A stretch of DNA of 64,000 bases, taken from the NCBI GenBank assembly GCA_938002815.1, contig CALKZT010000034.1, positions 30,988 to 94,987 of the forward strand, in the 5' to 3' direction. Below, piece after piece: positions 56,168 through 64,000 of the stretch (the first letter of the stretch is position 1; each line of letters starts with the position of its first letter). The position numbers and the translations under genes were made by a program. The DNA comes from an uncultured bacterium. GTDB lineage: Bacteria > Desulfobacterota > DSM-4660 > Desulfatiglandales > CALKZT01. The notes beneath the pieces are model-generated. The model ran no database searches. It saw nothing but the letters and a program-made list of their open reading frames with translations, and was not told the origin of the DNA.

Positions 56168-57040
56168 ATGCTCTTGGACGAAAATACCAGGGTCTTGGTC
56201 CAAGGGATCACAGGCCGTATAGGCAGCATACAGACCAAATACATGTTAGAATACCATACCAATGTGGTAGCCGGGGTAACCCCTGGAAAGGGTGGGATGA
56301 GGGTGCACAGTGTGCCTGTATTTGATACGGTTCAGGAGGCAGTAAAAGAGACAGGGGCAAATGCCTCTGTCTTCTTTGTGCCGGCGCCTGGGGTCTTGGA
56401 TGCCTTTTATGAGACGGTGGATGCGGGCATAAGGCTCATAGTTGTAGTACCTGAACATGTCCCGGTGCACGATGTGATGAAGATGAAGGAGTATGCAAAG
56501 GAAAAAGGCGTGGTCGCCCTTGGCCCTACTACGCCAGGTCTCCTGGTCCCCAATCTGGGGAAGATGGGGATTATGCCTGCCTCCCTCTTTAGGCCAGGTA
56601 GGGTGGGTATTGTAAGCAGGAGCGGTACCCTCTCTTATGAGTTTGCAGGGATCTTAAGCGATCACGGTGCAGGTCAGAGTACCGTGGTGGGCATGGGTGC
56701 GGACCCTGTGGTCCTCACAAACCTTGTGGAGATCTTAAGACTATTTGAAGAGGATCCCAAGACAGAAGGGATCATCATAGTGGGAGAGGTAGGGGGCGAG
56801 CAAGAGGAGATGGCAGCAGCCTATATCAAAGCACATGTCACAAAGCCTGTGGCTGCTTATATTGCAGGCAGACTCTCTCCCCAAGGAAAGCGTATGGGCC
56901 ATGCAGGTGCCATGATAAGGGGGGAAAAGGGCTCCTGGGATGGGAAGGTAGCGGCCTTTCGGGAAGTGGGGGTGGATATCCTAAGGAGTCCCATAGAAGC
57001 AGGCCAGTGGGTAAAGGCAAAGGGACTTACAGGAGCTTAG
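56168..57040 (+). CDS. sucD: succinyl-CoA synthetase alpha subunit-like
   Basis: VQGITGRIGS CoA-binding motif. SRSGTLSYE. Phosphohistidine loop KRMGHAGAMI. 290 aa. Confidence 0.85.
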   Translation: MLLDENTRVLVQGITGRIGSIQTKYMLEYHTNVVAGVTPGKGGMRVHSVPVFDTVQEAVKETGANASVFFVPAPGVLDAFYETVDAGIRLIVVVPEHVPVHDVMKMKEYAKEKGVVALGPTTPGLLVPNLGKMGIMPASLFRPGRVGIVSRSGTLSYEFAGILSDHGAGQSTVVGMGADPVVLTNLVEILRLFEEDPKTEGIIIVGEVGGEQEEMAAAYIKAHVTKPVAAYIAGRLSPQGKRMGHAGAMIRGEKGSWDGKVAAFREVGVDILRSPIEAGQWVKAKGLTGA

Positions 57041-57050
57041 GTTTGGGACC

Positions 57051-57536
57051 TTATTCCCAGAAGGGTTTTTGTATATCAGGATGGCTCCTCAGGGTCTTGA
57101 GGAACTGCTCTGTCCTCTTTTCTAACCTCTTCTTTAGGATGTTTACAATCCCCCTAAGGAGCCTGTAACCCATTTCAGGGTCCCTTTCCATCATCTCCTG
57201 GAGGTCCTTCCCGGGTATGGTGAAGACCTCGGAAGGGCCGCTACTAATGGCATGGGTGGTGTAGTGGGCAGGAGGCTGCATAAGGGCAGACCAGCCAAAG
57301 GAGTAGCCCGGCTTGATAGTGCCTATGGTGATATCCATGATAGGCGAGGCAGAGACCTCCAGCAATATAAGGCCACTATATAGCATAAAAAATTCTGTGG
57401 CCTCTTCCCCTTCCCTGAAGACGACATCCCTGTCATTGTATCTCCTCACGGAGACAAGGGGCCTTACCTTCTCTAACATGGGATCTGTAAGCCTCTGCAT
57501 TATGTAAATCTTTTTCAATTCCTGGAGTTCTACCAT
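57051..57536 (-). CDS. stand-alone cyclic nucleotide-binding domain protein (161 aa)
   Basis: VVFREGEEATEFFMLYSGLILLEV...GYSFGWSALM fits the cNMP-binding beta-barrel pattern. No output domain. Confidence 0.7.
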   Translation of the reverse strand: MVELQELKKIYIMQRLTDPMLEKVRPLVSVRRYNDRDVVFREGEEATEFFMLYSGLILLEVSASPIMDITIGTIKPGYSFGWSALMQPPAHYTTHAISSGPSEVFTIPGKDLQEMMERDPEMGYRLLRGIVNILKKRLEKRTEQFLKTLRSHPDIQKPFWE

Positions 57537-57549
57537 CTAAACCTCCTCC

Positions 57550-59310
57550 TTATAGAAGTATCCAAAGCAAGAATATCCCCACCACTGCCAAGGCCATGCT
57601 TATGCTGGAAGGCTCTTTGAGAAGGGTATCCAACAGCTCCTTTTTGAGTCTCTCGTATATGGAGAAGGGCCTCAGTAGCCCCAAACAGAGCCCTACCAAA
57701 AGGTTAGGGAGCCTATTTGGCAAAAGGCACAAAGACCTTGTGAGCCCCACCGAGATGACCCTATATGCCCAAGAGCTTATAAGCTCAATGAGCCTTAAGA
57801 GCCAAGGGAGTAGATACCCACCCAAAAGTCTCCTGTAGAACCAGTCCAGGTCCAGGTTTATTGCCTTGAGTTCAGGGGGATAGACACCTGCCTTTAGCAT
57901 CAGGTAAAAGGCCAATATGGCAAAGAGCAACAATTGTCCTTGGGAGATCACGTGATGGCCTGTATAGGGTACATAGTCCACGGGGTAGGGGAGGATCTGG
58001 TAGAGGGGCTTAGGATATACGCCCAAGAAAACACACAGGAAGGCAGCGACCCCCATGGAAAAGAGCATATTTATTGGGGGCTCCTTTGCCCTGAGTCCTC
58101 TGTCATGGCCAAAGAATGCGAAAAAGGGGACCTTTATGCCTGCGTGGGCGATTACCCCTGCAGAGGCAAATTGCAGCATAAGCCATGCTATTATTAATCT
58201 CTCGTTTTCCGAGGCCGAGATGATCATGGATTTGCTTACAAAACCACTAAAGAGGGGAAAGGCAGAGATGGAGGCAGCAGCTATCATGCAGAAGAGGGCA
58301 GTGATGGGCATGGTCTTATAGACTCCGCCCAGTTCAGTGCACCTGATCCTCCCTGTGACGTGGAGGACAGCGCCAGTGGACATAAATAGCAGGGCCTTAT
58401 AGATGATATGACAAAAGGCGTGGGAGACTGCGCCGTTTATGGCGAGCTGTGTCCCGATGCCTACTCCACACATCATGAATCCCACCTGGTTGATAATGCT
58501 ATAGGATAGTACCCTTCTCAGATCATTTTCTACCTCTGCGTAAAAGACCGGCAAAATGGTCATGATGGCACCCAGCCAGATTAAGAGCTCTGTCCCAGCA
58601 AATACCCTTGCCATGAGATAGACTGCACTCTTTGTGGTAAAGGCGCTCATAAATACTGCTCCTGTTACAGTGGCCTCGGGATAGGCATCCTTGAGCCAGG
58701 CATGCAAAGGAGGGATCGCTCCGTTTAGTGCGATTCCAAGAAAGATAAGCCAAGAGGAGAGGCCCTTTAGATCCAGGTGACCTATTTGAAGCCCTTTCGC
58801 TGTCTTCACTTCCATTAAGATACCTCCCAGGAGTAAGAGGCCTCCCAACACATGGACGGAGAAATAGCGAAAGGCTGCCTTTCTCGCTCCTTCTGTCCTC
58901 CTTGCGAGGATCAAAAATGTTGAGAAAATGGCCATCAATTCCCAAAAGACATATAAGGTAAACCAATCCCCTGCCAGGACAACCCCTATTGCAGAACCTG
59001 CATAGGCAAGGGAGGAACAGTGTTGGAGCCTGTCAGTATGATGTAAAGAGTATATGCTACCGAGAATTGACATTATTAAGAATATCAACACAAAGGGATA
59101 ACTCAAGCTATCCAGCCTGCTAATATTTAATGCATATCCGAAAAAGTTCAGTTGGCCAGAGACTCCTTTATGCAAAAAGAAGAAGATGAAGATTGATAAA
59201 ATGGGAATTCCCAAGAGCACAACCTTCTGCCAGGTTTTGTATCTTATGAGAAGACCGATAGAGCCTGCATAAAACAAGAAAGGCAGCAGTGCAGCAAGGT
59301 TATTTCCCAT
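57550..59310 (-). CDS. antiporter-like proton-conducting membrane subunit (MrpA/NuoL-like, 586 aa)
   Basis: LYVFWELMAIFSTFLIL. LHAWLKDAYPEATVTGAVFMSAFTTKSAVYLMARV. About 100-aa C-terminal extension with an extra helix/TM. Confidence 0.75.
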   Translation of the reverse strand: MGNNLAALLPFLFYAGSIGLLIRYKTWQKVVLLGIPILSIFIFFFLHKGVSGQLNFFGYALNISRLDSLSYPFVLIFLIMSILGSIYSLHHTDRLQHCSSLAYAGSAIGVVLAGDWFTLYVFWELMAIFSTFLILARRTEGARKAAFRYFSVHVLGGLLLLGGILMEVKTAKGLQIGHLDLKGLSSWLIFLGIALNGAIPPLHAWLKDAYPEATVTGAVFMSAFTTKSAVYLMARVFAGTELLIWLGAIMTILPVFYAEVENDLRRVLSYSIINQVGFMMCGVGIGTQLAINGAVSHAFCHIIYKALLFMSTGAVLHVTGRIRCTELGGVYKTMPITALFCMIAAASISAFPLFSGFVSKSMIISASENERLIIAWLMLQFASAGVIAHAGIKVPFFAFFGHDRGLRAKEPPINMLFSMGVAAFLCVFLGVYPKPLYQILPYPVDYVPYTGHHVISQGQLLLFAILAFYLMLKAGVYPPELKAINLDLDWFYRRLLGGYLLPWLLRLIELISSWAYRVISVGLTRSLCLLPNRLPNLLVGLCLGLLRPFSIYERLKKELLDTLLKEPSSISMALAVVGIFLLWILL

Positions 59311-59539
59311 AGTAGTCCTCTTTTCTTTTGAGGAAATACCTCAAAATCTTTGCTCCATATATTACAAACACACATGATACAAAGCCAAAGGCAGCAAAGA
59401 AGGCATATCTCTCAAATGGAAGCAGCGGATGCTTTTCCATAAAAAATTCAAAGAACAGGAGGCTAAAAAGGAGCAAGTAAAATAGAACTGTGCCAATCCT
59501 TCTTACCTTTTTGCTGGAAAAGGGATCAAACTCTCTCAT
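59300..59539 (-). CDS. small two-TM protein (79 aa)
   Basis: IGTVLFYLLLFSLLFFEFF and AFFAAFGFVSCVFVIYGA. Start overlaps the upstream micro-ORF stop (ATGA); end overlaps the next gene by 11 nt. Confidence 0.4.
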   Translation of the reverse strand: MREFDPFSSKKVRRIGTVLFYLLLFSLLFFEFFMEKHPLLPFERYAFFAAFGFVSCVFVIYGAKILRYFLKRKEDYYGK

Positions 59540-59673
59540 CGGAGCTCTCCTAAAAAGCTAAAGAGAAGGTATAGGGCCGAGAGTGCAAAGAGAAGCCAGA
59601 GAGCCTTTCCGTAGCCTGGCTCAGGTTCGTGTGTCAGTTCCTGGAGTTCCTCTGGTCCCTCTATCCTTTGCAT
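59536..59673 (-). CDS. candidate 45-aa single-TM micro-protein
   Basis: Not in the ORF track. Hand translation MQRIEGPEELQELTHEPEPGYGKALWLLFALSALYLLFSFLGELR. Its ATG directly abuts the upstream gene's stop codon (59674-59676), and ATGA links it to the next gene. Confidence 0.3.
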   Translation of the reverse strand: MQRIEGPEELQELTHEPEPGYGKALWLLFALSALYLLFSFLGELR

Positions 59674-61143
59674 CTATCCCCCCAAAAGTTGAGACCAAAG
59701 ACCCGAAATGAGTTGGGCAAAGGGATAGGGGAAAAAGAAGAGGAGGATGGTAAAGAGTGCAGTGGCCAGCATTGGCAAAAGGCAAAATAGGGGTGCCTCC
59801 CTAATCTTTCCCTCTACAGGGAAGGAAGGAAAGAAGGCCCTGTAGACTAACGGGATAAAGTAGGCCACATTTAGGAGGGAGCTAGCCAAGAGGACCCCCA
59901 TTATTCCCATGTACTGGGATTGGCAACTTCCCAATAGGAGCTCCCATTTGGCCAAAAAGCCGCCCATAGGGGGTATGCCTATGATGGAAAGGGCCCCCAC
60001 AAAGAAGGCTCCAAAGGTAAAGGGCATGGTCCTCCCCAGGCCTTCCAGTTGGTCCACAAGCTTCTTCCCTGTGGCCACAAAGATGGCCCCTGCTCCCAAA
60101 AAGAGGGTAATCTTACCAAAGGCATGCATGGCAAGCTGGAGGATCCCTCCCTTGACCCCATGTTCAGTGAGCATGGCCGCACCGAGCACAATATAGGAGA
60201 GCTGGGCTATGGTGGAGAAGGCCAAGAGCCTCTTTAGTTCCCTTTGGTATAAGGCCACAAGGGACCCAATGAGCACAGTGGCCGAGGCAAAGAAGAGTAT
60301 TGTGGGCCTTGCCCAGGATCCCTCCAAGAAACCTTCTCCAAATACAAACAAGATGGTTCTAACCACAGAAAATGCCCCTGCCTTTACCACTGCAACTGCA
60401 TGTAAAAGGGCGCTTACAGGAGTTGGTGCCACCATGGCAGCAGGTAGCCATGAGTGGAGTGGCATAATGGCTACCTTTGCAAACCCAAATACCAAGAGTA
60501 GACAGGCTATGTTCAAGGGAAGATTCGCACCCCCTGCTGGAACAAAGCCCCCAAATCTAAAATCCAGGCCGTTGAATCTCATATAGAGGTATATCATTGA
60601 TGGCAATACAAGGCCTATGGAGGTGCCCAGGAGATAGACAAGGTATTTCCTCCCAGAGGCCTTTGCCTCTTGGTCTTGGTGGTGGGTTACAAGGGGAAAG
60701 GTGGAAAGGGAGAGGATCTCGTAAAAGATATACAGGGTCAAGAGATTTGCTGCAAAGGCAATCCCCATTGTGGAAGAAAGGGCTATGGCAAAGAAGGCAT
60801 AATACCTGCTTTGGGAGTGTTCCTTTAGGCCCCGCATATAGCCTATGGAGTAAAGGGAGGTGACTATCCACAAAAAGGAGGCCACGAGGGCGAAGATAAG
60901 GCCCATGGGGTCCACCCTTAATCTAAAGGGGAGGCCGGGAAAGAGGGTCAAGATATTGAAGCTAAAAGAACTCCCCGACAAAACATCTGGTAACATGCTG
61001 AGGACAAGAGCCAGCTTCAGGACCCCTGCAAGGATCGTCCATGTCTCCCTCAGGTTGGGTCTCTTAGTGGATATAATCAAGGGCACTGCACAAAGTGATA
61101 TAAGGACTACCCATAGAGGCCTTATGGAATAGATCTCATTCAA
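59674..61143 (-). CDS. antiporter-like subunit (MrpD/NuoN-M-like, 489 aa)
   Basis: LHSWLPAAMVAPTPVSALLHAVAVVKAGAFSVVR. 14-TM-type hydropathy. Confidence 0.8.
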   Translation of the reverse strand: MNEIYSIRPLWVVLISLCAVPLIISTKRPNLRETWTILAGVLKLALVLSMLPDVLSGSSFSFNILTLFPGLPFRLRVDPMGLIFALVASFLWIVTSLYSIGYMRGLKEHSQSRYYAFFAIALSSTMGIAFAANLLTLYIFYEILSLSTFPLVTHHQDQEAKASGRKYLVYLLGTSIGLVLPSMIYLYMRFNGLDFRFGGFVPAGGANLPLNIACLLLVFGFAKVAIMPLHSWLPAAMVAPTPVSALLHAVAVVKAGAFSVVRTILFVFGEGFLEGSWARPTILFFASATVLIGSLVALYQRELKRLLAFSTIAQLSYIVLGAAMLTEHGVKGGILQLAMHAFGKITLFLGAGAIFVATGKKLVDQLEGLGRTMPFTFGAFFVGALSIIGIPPMGGFLAKWELLLGSCQSQYMGIMGVLLASSLLNVAYFIPLVYRAFFPSFPVEGKIREAPLFCLLPMLATALFTILLFFFPYPFAQLISGLWSQLLGG

Positions 61144-62627
61144 GGGAGCCTCGCCCTTAAGAGAAAGGGGTCCACGATATGGCCCACAATGGGATGAGCC
61201 AAAAGGCCCATAAGGACCACAAGGAGACCTGAGGCCAAAATACCACCATAGGCACTGAGAGAGGTCTTCTTCGGCCCATAGGAAGGGGACTCTGTGTGAT
61301 GATAATAGCCCTCCTCAAAGGTCCTAAAGAAGAGCACGGTATTGAGGAGACTGCTCAGAAGTATGGCACCGAAGACCCAGAAATTCTGAGCCTCCAGGCT
61401 CCCCTGGAGGAGATACCACTTCCCGAAAAATCCAGGGGAGGGAGGGATCCCTATTACGGAGAGGGAAGCCAGGACATAGATGGAAGAGCCAAAAGGCGTC
61501 TTTTGAAAGACTCCCTTCAGCTCCTCTATTTTAGTGCCTGTGTTAACTATTAGGTGGTCGGCACTCAAAAAGAGGCAGAAGGTCATGGCCACGTCATTTA
61601 GGAGGTGGAGGAGGGATCCCCTGATGGCATTGATGTTTCCGACCCCCAGCCCGGCCACTATATAACCTATCTCGGTTATTACCACGAAGCATAGCATCCT
61701 CCTTAGATCCGTCTGTCTTAGTGCAGTGATTGCACCATAGAGGATTGCAGCTACCCCAAATAGGGTTGCCACGTGGCCCAGGGAGTAGATTTCAAAGGAG
61801 AATTCTTTTCCAAAGACGAAGAGTATTACCCTAAAGATCACATAGGCCATGACCTTTGTTCCAAGGGGGGCGATGAGGCTACTTATAGGTCCAAAGGTAT
61901 TCGTATAGGCCCTTGGCAACCAAATGTGAAAGGGAAAGAGCCCCATCTTGATCCATATACCGATGAGTATGAATATGAATCCTGAAAGTATGGTTGGGGA
62001 TTTGGGGATCTGGGTAATCAGGCGACTTACGTCTTGCATATTCAATGAGCCTGTCTTTATGTAAAGGTAACCCACACCCAATAGATAAAAGCATGCCCCA
62101 ATTGTACCCAAAAAGACATAGTTGAGGCTCGCAAAGGGGGCCTGCCTCTTGTCTCCTATTGCCAAGAGGGCATAGCCGGTAAGGGATGCTATCTCGAGTA
62201 GGACATATAAGTTGAAGAGGTCCGCCGTCAAAAGGATGCCATTTAGCCCGGTTATGAAAAGTATGTAGAGGGCCATTGTGCCGCCTATCCTGTCCCCTTG
62301 CTTCTCTAAGAATCTCTCCCGGTTGCATAAGAGGTTTATGAGGGCTACCAGGTAGACAAGGAGGCTCAAAAAGGCATTGAGTTCGTCTATGTAATAGGCT
62401 ATGCCAATGGGAGGCGGCCATCCACCCAGGTAATATTCAAAGGGCCCACGCTCTATAACCAGTATAAAGAGAGAAAAGGAGCAATAGGAGAGAAAGCCTA
62501 TGCTTAAAACGGCAAAGGGGAGGCAGAGGGATCTTTTGATCCACGTCATTGCATAGGTTATGAAGGATAGCAAAAGGCCAAAAGTTACAAGGATTACAGA
62601 GAAATGATAAGTCATTGTTCCAGACAT
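61140..62627 (-). CDS. antiporter-like subunit (MrpD-like, divergent, 495 aa)
   Basis: FHIWLPRAYTNTFGPISSLIAPLGTKVMAYVIFRV. 4-nt overlap with the downstream paralogue. Confidence 0.78.
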   Translation of the reverse strand: MSGTMTYHFSVILVTFGLLLSFITYAMTWIKRSLCLPFAVLSIGFLSYCSFSLFILVIERGPFEYYLGGWPPPIGIAYYIDELNAFLSLLVYLVALINLLCNRERFLEKQGDRIGGTMALYILFITGLNGILLTADLFNLYVLLEIASLTGYALLAIGDKRQAPFASLNYVFLGTIGACFYLLGVGYLYIKTGSLNMQDVSRLITQIPKSPTILSGFIFILIGIWIKMGLFPFHIWLPRAYTNTFGPISSLIAPLGTKVMAYVIFRVILFVFGKEFSFEIYSLGHVATLFGVAAILYGAITALRQTDLRRMLCFVVITEIGYIVAGLGVGNINAIRGSLLHLLNDVAMTFCLFLSADHLIVNTGTKIEELKGVFQKTPFGSSIYVLASLSVIGIPPSPGFFGKWYLLQGSLEAQNFWVFGAILLSSLLNTVLFFRTFEEGYYHHTESPSYGPKKTSLSAYGGILASGLLVVLMGLLAHPIVGHIVDPFLLRARLP

Positions 62628-62992
62628 TTCAGTATCTCATCTTCTTCAAGGGTTCCGTGTTCTCTATATATCATTATTGCAAGTGCAAGGGCTACTCCAA
62701 AGGTGGAAACAGATACAACAATTGCAGTTAGCATAAGAACATGGGGAAGAGGGTTTACAAAATGTGATACTTCAACTGCGTGGGACGTATGTTCAAGAAT
62801 CGGTATCGTTCCACCTTTTTTGAAACCAATAGAGATATAAAATAAGATGATGGCAGTCTGGAAAATGTTCATTCCCACTATTTTTTTTGTGAGATTATTT
62901 TTCGAGATCATGGCATAGAGGCCTATCATCATAAGAAGGATATAGAGCCAGTAGTTATATCTCCCCACTATGAACTCTAATATACTGTCCAT
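62612..62992 (-). CDS. MrpC/NuoK-like subunit
   Basis: 126 aa, 3 TM. MIGLYAMISKNNLTKKIVGMNIFQTAIILFY. Confidence 0.8.
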   Translation of the reverse strand: MDSILEFIVGRYNYWLYILLMMIGLYAMISKNNLTKKIVGMNIFQTAIILFYISIGFKKGGTIPILEHTSHAVEVSHFVNPLPHVLMLTAIVVSVSTFGVALALAIMIYREHGTLEEDEILKCLEQ

Positions 62993-63820
62993 TTATAATC
63001 CCTCATCCAGTCTGCCTTCGGAAGAAACATAGTTGTATATACTTACCATAACTGCCATTACCGTAATAGCGACACCTACTTCCACACCGAAGATACCAAG
63101 GGACCTCGCCATAACCGGATCCACCGGAAGGATCTTTGAAAGTACACCGTAGTTCAGGAACTCCTTTCCCAATATGAGACACAGGGCCCCAATCCCCGTG
63201 TAGATGAAGACGCCTGTAGCGCTAAAGAGACCAAGGCCCCTTTCATGGATCTTTTCAAGGCCTGTTCTAAGGTCGAAGGAGATGGAAAGGAGGATTATGC
63301 TTGCGCCCAGTATTACGCCGCCTTGGAAGCCTCCTCCTGGGCTGTGGTGTCCATGGGCCACCACATATAGTGCGAACAACTGAATAAAGGGTATGAGGAA
63401 CCTGGAGATGGTCTTTAATATGATGTCTGCAGGTACCCACCTGGAATCTATCCTTTCAAAGTCTCTGGAGCCGTCGAGGAGGGTTGTCTGGCCCTTTATA
63501 TGTAGGACCACCCCGCTTTGGATGTGCCTATAATAGGTGTCTTTCATCTTCGGGGCAAAGACCCTGAGGAGCACAAAGCAGGCAAGGCCTGCTGTGAAAA
63601 TCACGGTGGTCTCGAACATGGTATCGTATCCCCTGTAGTCTGCCAGGACCGATGTCACCACATTGGGGACAGACGTATCCTCCAGGGATCTCTGTAAGTA
63701 GACTGGCGAGACATGGAGGCTTGCAGGGGAGTTAGGGTCACCCCACTGGGGGAAGTCCAGGGTGGCATAGAAGAGAACAGATGCGCTGAGAACTACCAAT
63801 AGAAGGTAGAGGTACCTCAA
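62993..63820 (-). CDS. MrpB/MnhB-like subunit
   Basis: AHGHHSPGGGFQGGVILGASIILL signature. I place the start at TTG 63820, which overlaps the upstream stop (TTGA). The ORF-track extension to 63943 reads as a Cys/Arg/Gly-rich out-of-context peptide. Confidence 0.7.
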   Translation of the reverse strand: MRYLYLLLVVLSASVLFYATLDFPQWGDPNSPASLHVSPVYLQRSLEDTSVPNVVTSVLADYRGYDTMFETTVIFTAGLACFVLLRVFAPKMKDTYYRHIQSGVVLHIKGQTTLLDGSRDFERIDSRWVPADIILKTISRFLIPFIQLFALYVVAHGHHSPGGGFQGGVILGASIILLSISFDLRTGLEKIHERGLGLFSATGVFIYTGIGALCLILGKEFLNYGVLSKILPVDPVMARSLGIFGVEVGVAITVMAVMVSIYNYVSSEGRLDEGL

Positions 63821-64000
63821 TCCTTTGTCCTCCTCCTGGTATGATAGATGGCCCCCACAAAGAAGACAGTGCTGACGCCTGCTCCCACAGAGGCCTCGGT
63901 AAAGGCCACGTCCACAGCACCCATAACTGCCCACAAGAGGCACATGAGAAAGCTATAGGCACCAAAGAGGATAGCCGTGGCCAGGAGGTCTTTTACCTCC
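63817..64000 (-). CDS. partial (5' end outside window) DUF4040 / MbhD-MnhB-N-like membrane subunit
   Basis: Hand translation of the minus strand: ...EVKDLLATAILFGAYSFLMCLLWAVMGAVDVAFTEASVGAGVSTVFFVGAIYHTRRRTKD*. The stop is at 63817-63819. Confidence 0.6.
   Translation of the reverse strand, partial: EVKDLLATAILFGAYSFLMCLLWAVMGAVDVAFTEASVGAGVSTVFFVGAIYHTRRRTKD

Noticed and set aside
1-64000. CRISPR arrays, rRNA genes, integrases, intact IS elements and prophage genes.
   Set aside because: I saw no repeat-spacer periodicity, no rRNA-like sequence and no integrase or intact transposase ORF. The only mobile-element trace is the decayed RAYT at 7553-7979.

Overview
This window is about 90% coding. 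It looks like core chromosome of an anaerobic bacterium with an outer membrane; I cannot assign a taxon from the sequence alone.

Landmark: a replication-origin-type orientation switch near 16.4 kb.
- birA, gpsA, gyrA, gyrB and dnaN lie on the minus strand.
- A CooC-like ATPase gene, rpmH, rnpA, yidD, yidC, jag and mnmE lie on the plus strand.
- dnaA and recF are absent from their usual positions.

Left arm (292-8535):
- A probable nine-gene plus-strand unit (292-7575). It joins a DTGA protease, a 7TM inactive-transglutaminase protein and a RimK-related ATP-grasp ligase to a MacB-type ABC transporter, a LolA-like protein and an outer-membrane-barrel candidate.
- A GC-rich decayed mobile-DNA patch with a RAYT/IS200-like pseudogene and REP-like palindromes.
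- tRNA-Arg(CCT).

Right arm (21818-64000):
- thiC and thiD, and a GT9 heptosyltransferase.
- A 560-nt non-coding gap.
- An MvhD + Fe-S + AsrA-like + AsrB-like redox cluster with no catalytic subunit.
- A mixed six-gene operon: CDP-alcohol phosphatidyltransferase, Nudix hydrolase, a fused AccA-AccD carboxyltransferase, a class III cyclase, a geranylgeranyl-reductase-like protein and malonyl-CoA decarboxylase.
- A translationally coupled cluster: GlcD/GlcF-fusion, single-subunit dehydratase-like (double-cubane-type) protein, activase, acyl-CoA ligase and thiolase-like protein.
- A 1225-aa lipoprotein.
- A GlpA-like/DUF1667 triad, 4-hydroxybutyryl-CoA dehydratase and sucCD.
- An Mrp-like membrane module with three antiporter-like subunits that runs off the window.

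No CRISPR array, rRNA gene or intact mobile element was seen.

The best candidates for an undescribed system are the 292-7575 ligase-plus-envelope-export unit and the 36563-43957 ATP-driven reductase/dehydratase-like cluster. Both calls rest on motif-level reading and remembered family knowledge, not on database searches.
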